This document shows positions 34,086 to 37,987 of a DNA stretch of 37,987 nucleotides, one piece after another; the first letter of the stretch is position 1, and each line of letters starts with the position of its first letter. The position numbers and the translations under genes were made by a program. Below the pieces are notes generated by a model. It had not been told where the DNA came from. It ran no database searches and was given only the letters and a program-made list of their open reading frames with translations. Origin of the DNA: Octopus bimaculoides (lineage: Eukaryota); contig NC_068981.1 in assembly GCF_001194135.2 (NCBI RefSeq), positions 148,563,499-148,601,485 of the forward strand, in the 5' to 3' direction.

Positions 34086-34231
34086 TTGTAACGATGGGAA
34101 TGATGACTTGAAAGATGGCAGCAGCAGTAATAGATGGCTTTTGCTAGATTATACAGATAACAGAATTCAGGTAATTTACAGCTGGTCTAAAGAATATTTT
34201 AGAAAATGCACTTTGAAAATGTGGGAACAAG
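34086..34231 (+). CDS. Candidate internal coding exon of an unidentified host gene (xCNDGNDDLKDGSSSNRWLLLDYTDNRIQVIYSWSKEYFRKCTLKMWEQ)
   Basis: Acceptor ctcgttttaaag|, strong donor CAAG|GTAAGT, one open frame with a stop just upstream in the intron, non-repetitive sequence. No homology recognised. Confidence 0.3.
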
Positions 34232-34584
34232 GTAAGTCGATGCCGATACTGGAGATGTTGATGATGATAATGATGATGATGACGACTAAGTGAAGGAACT
34301 GATAGTGCAAGGGGTGGGGAGGGGATAAGGAGGTTTTATATTAATTATAGTGATGAAAAGTAGGAAAAATAATCTTGACCCCACCACCACATACAGATAC
34401 ATAGACATACACTGCACTAAAGACTCTAGTGTAGGGACGACCTAAATACTTTATATACTTTAAAGTCCATTTTATAAATATGGCGTTGTAGGTTCGTACC
34501 TCTGTTGTTTGCATTAGATTTCATATTCTATGAAACAAGAATAATTCAGTAAAACTTATCGACACTTAAACATAAAACACGTGG

Positions 34585-34832
34585 AAGGGAGCTTCTTTGT
34601 GATTGTTTGACGTTTTAGAAATTACCACTAAATTCTTTCAAATCCCACCACTAAATTTTAGAAAGGACACATTCGAAAGCATGACCCTAAAAATGTAGTC
34701 CTGTTAAAAAACGGATGTACTAGACGAAGTGATCTTTGATATACTATAAAAGATAAGCTGGCTGATAATGGCTGGGATGCTTAAGATGGAAGGTTTCCTC
34801 GATTAGGGTTCATCTAAATTAAACAATAAAAG
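34585..34832 (+). mobile_element. Family E repeat, degenerate
   Basis: gggagcttctttgtgattgtttgacgttttagaaattacc is the reverse complement of the 22646 motif; ends in an aaacaataaa tail. Confidence 0.55.
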
Positions 34833-34857
34833 CGACAACTCTTGGTATTTTTTATTA

Positions 34858-35128
34858 GGCCGACTACCCGGTTTCCATGGCGTGTAAGTAAACAAGATCA
34901 CAGTATTCTCCGCCCTGGACGGGAACACCGATCCGTTGTATGGTTCAAAGCCAGGAATTTTGAAGGGAGAGGGCATGTCAATAATATCGAATCTAGTACT
35001 AGATTAGTACTTTATTTTATGGGGATGAAAAACAAAATTGGCATTTCAACTCAGAACATAAAGTGCCGGAAGAAATGCCGCTAAGCATTTTGTCTGACTT
35101 GCTAACGATTCTGCCCGCATTCCGCCTT
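34858..35128 (-). mobile_element. Family A SINE (34950-35128) joined to a D-type 3' end (34858-34925)
   Basis: Minus strand: ggcggaatgcgggcagaatcgttagc...aaatgcttagcggcatttc...ttctgagttgaaa, then tcccgtccaggg...acgccatggaaaccggg. Confidence 0.7.
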
Positions 35129-36182
35129 CTAAAAGTAGTTATATCATTTCATATTCGACTTCTAAAGCTTGTAAAAAACATTTTTTCACACGACGAGCAA
35201 AAACGAAAGCAACCGGAAGTTGTTGCTCCATATTTGAACGAGGCGAGTCATGTTAACAATACTTCTCAGAAATTGCTTTATTTCGTTCATTCAAGTAAGT
35301 TTAATGTTATTTTTTTATCACATAGATATGCATTTAAAAATATTTTCTCGGTTTATCTGCTATTTCAAAGGAATAGTTTGTTTTATAAATATTTATTTAG
35401 AAAAAGAGCAACTCTGGTATGACACAGTCCCAGCAGGCATGTCATCATTATAATATTTTTATGATAACTAAAAATACAAATGAGTTTTATATAAAAGTAG
35501 CTTTTAGGTGCAAATCAAACTCACCCACAATATATATTGTATGTTTAAAAAATAATTTCACGAATGTAAGCCTGAAAGTGTTGGTGGTTGTAGCGCATAT
35601 AACCACATAGCATCACCAAAATATCAACAACAGCTATCGATGTTTTAAGGTAATTGCTGTTACTGTTAATGTTTAAACCTAAACCCAGCAGACTTTTAAT
35701 GAGACATTCCTTCCTTGACCGTCGCGCCCTTTTCCTCTATTTTGCGTAATATAATAGGACTAGGATCTTGTTAATTTTTTCCAACCACAATATTTAAAAT
35801 TTTCTCCAGATAATTTTTGCAAGTTTGTTTTCAGTGAGTCGTCAGCCTTAGCATATTTGCCAAATCTTGATGTTTACAAATTCTAATTTGTCTTCGTTCA
35901 TTACTACTATCACCTGATTTAACAACCACTCTCTCTTTCTGTCACATGTGAGGATATTTATATGCTTGCATAAATAAATGGATATCTAGTAAAAGAACTA
36001 ATATGCAAGTCAGACTATTTACCAGGGTGATAACCTAATTTATGACTACCATATAAGCAAGTGATTTGAGCTATTAGTTGGAGAAAGAAATCAGGTACAC
36101 CTCCTTCGAGGAACGGACAACAACCTTTGGAACGGTTCGTCAGGAGACACTCTCTTACATTACTTCGCACAAAAATAATATA

Positions 36183-36369
36183 GGCACACGAGTAGTTGTG
36201 TGGTAAAAAACTTGCTTCCTCACCACATGGATCCGGTCTCAGTCCCACTGTGTGGCATCTTGGGCAAGTATCTTCTACTATAACCGCGGGACATGAGTGG
36301 ATTTGATAGACTGCAGGTGGAGGAAGCCCGCCGTATATCAATCAATCAATCAATCTATCTATCTGTTTG

Positions 36370-36425
<56 letters not shown>

Positions 36426-36690
36426 ATATGTCTATCTATATGTGTGTGTGTTTATCCCCCATCACCACTTGACAACCGGTATTGGTGTATTTACGTCCCT
36501 GTTACGCAGCAGTTCGGCCAAAGAGACCGATAGAATAAAGACCAAGCTTAGCAAAAAAACAAAAAAAAAAAAGACAAAAAAAACGAGCTAAGTACTAGAG
36601 TCGATTCATTCAACTGAAACGTTTTCAAAGTGGTGCCCAGGCATGGTCGCAGTCTAATGACTGAAACAAGTAAAATATAACAGATAAAAT
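36183..36690 (+). mobile_element. Family B SINE, full length, with (ATCA)n(ATCT)n linker and an A-rich expansion
   Basis: ggcacacgagtagttgtgtggtaa head, cttgggcaagtatcttctactata, 3' half to gactgaaacaagtaaaa. Confidence 0.9.
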
Positions 36691-37594
36691 ATTTACACCC
36701 CCCNNNNNNNNNNACACACACATATGGATTTGGAATCTCAGCAGTTACATTTTAGCACTTTGATATAATCCGGGTTCTGGCGAACCACATCGAATGACAG
36801 GGGACATACAGAATTGTTTAAGATAAGCAATTACGCGGCACTCGACTCAATAGGTAAATCCTGAGTTTGTTTCATTGTATTTTATACAGCGTAGAGGGTA
36901 TATAATCAAGACATCATAAAGAAGAATGGAGAATTATTGTTTATTACAGTATTATTCTCATTAAATGAGCATTAGATTTCAATCCGACACGTGTTTTAGC
37001 AGAAACACATGTCGGATTGGAATTGTAATGTAGTTAACCTGACTAAGCAATGAAACGAAATTGAATGATGATAGAGCTTATATTAGAAGTCAATATATTG
37101 TCAATAGCACATATATATGGAAGTAAGGGAGTCCTGAAGCAAAAGAAGGCATGCCGTTGAAGAGGTCGCAAATGGTGACGGAAAAGAATTTGACAAATCT
37201 ACCTGATTGAGTGATAATTAACTAACTGATAAAAATATTGAAATGCAACGATTGCGTGTGCTTACAATTGGCATACTGACCCTCCCAGGATAGAATTATA
37301 ATCTGTGACAACACACATTTACAACAAAAGTCTTAGAAATCAAATTTAAGAAAGTCGTTTCATACATACACAAACACACACGCGCGTGCGTGCATATATA
37401 TATATATATATATATATNNNNNNNNNNNNNNNNNNNNNNNNNNNNNNNNNNNNNNNNNNNNNNNNNNNNNNNNNNNNNNNNNNNNNNNNNNNNNNNNNNN
37501 NNNNNNNNNNNNNNNNNATATATATGTATATATATATATATGTATATGTATATATGTATGTATATATTTGTATAATTATATATAAATGTATATG

Positions 37595-37673
<79 letters not shown>

Positions 37674-37718
37674 ACACACGCGCACACACACATCGATATA
37701 TATGTATATATATGTAAA

Positions 37719-37987
37719 GGGTGCATTGTCTAGTGGTTGAGTCTTGGACTCATGCTCGCGACATCGTGGTGTCAATTTGTATTCGAGGTGGAACGTTGTG
37801 TTCTTGAGCAAAACACTTCATCACACATTAGTCAGTGCACCTATTCAGAAAACATTGATTTGATGGAGAGAGTGAGCTATTGTGCGGCACGAACATCTGA
37901 TCACTGTAAACAAATTATTTGTGTCGGTCGTTCGGCAAAAGTTGAACGGTCATATGTCATTCTCGACGAGAGGGTCATCTCCTATAT
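37719..37987 (+). mobile_element. Family D-type SINE (tRNA head plus CORE-like), running to the window end
   Basis: gggtgcattgtctagtggtt...ggactcatg...gttgtgttcttgagcaaaacacttca, shared with 5187-5343; the 3' part differs. Confidence 0.75.

Noticed and set aside
34086-34231. Assigning a gene name (faint recalled resemblance to an SZT2 segment)
   Set aside because: Similarity is weak and from memory only; it needs a BLAST search.
35212-35220. ETS motif ACCGGAAGT as a promoter mark
   Set aside because: Single motif with no supporting promoter context.

Overview
Eukaryotic, AT-rich, repeat-saturated non-coding DNA from a draft assembly with 11 N-gaps, nearly all abutting microsatellites. The SINE families and microsatellite load look like Octopus (inference from memory, not a database result). 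No recognisable protein-coding gene; almost all ORF-track entries are microsatellite, gap or SINE artefacts. A + strand host gene with long introns is possible but only weakly supported. Annotated content: about 30 SINE copies or fragments in five families (labelled A-E here; tRNA-like heads seen in A-D), a decayed LINE ORF2 endonuclease fragment (6.4-7.7 kb), an internally deleted Tc1/mariner (10.6-11.0 kb), two TIR-bounded non-autonomous DNA transposons and several nested insertions with TSDs. The most interesting signal is RNA structure. Two repeats in Penelope-like contexts (18.26 kb and 28.68 kb) carry hammerhead-ribozyme core motifs in a non-circularly permuted, pseudoknotted order (NUH-stem I, then GAAAC, then stem I'-CUGANGA). 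Both have 45 nt from cleavage site to C3, and different but base-paired stem I sequences. A third, type I hammerhead-like fold with an expanded stem II lies at 12.7 kb. All folds were derived by eye and are untested.
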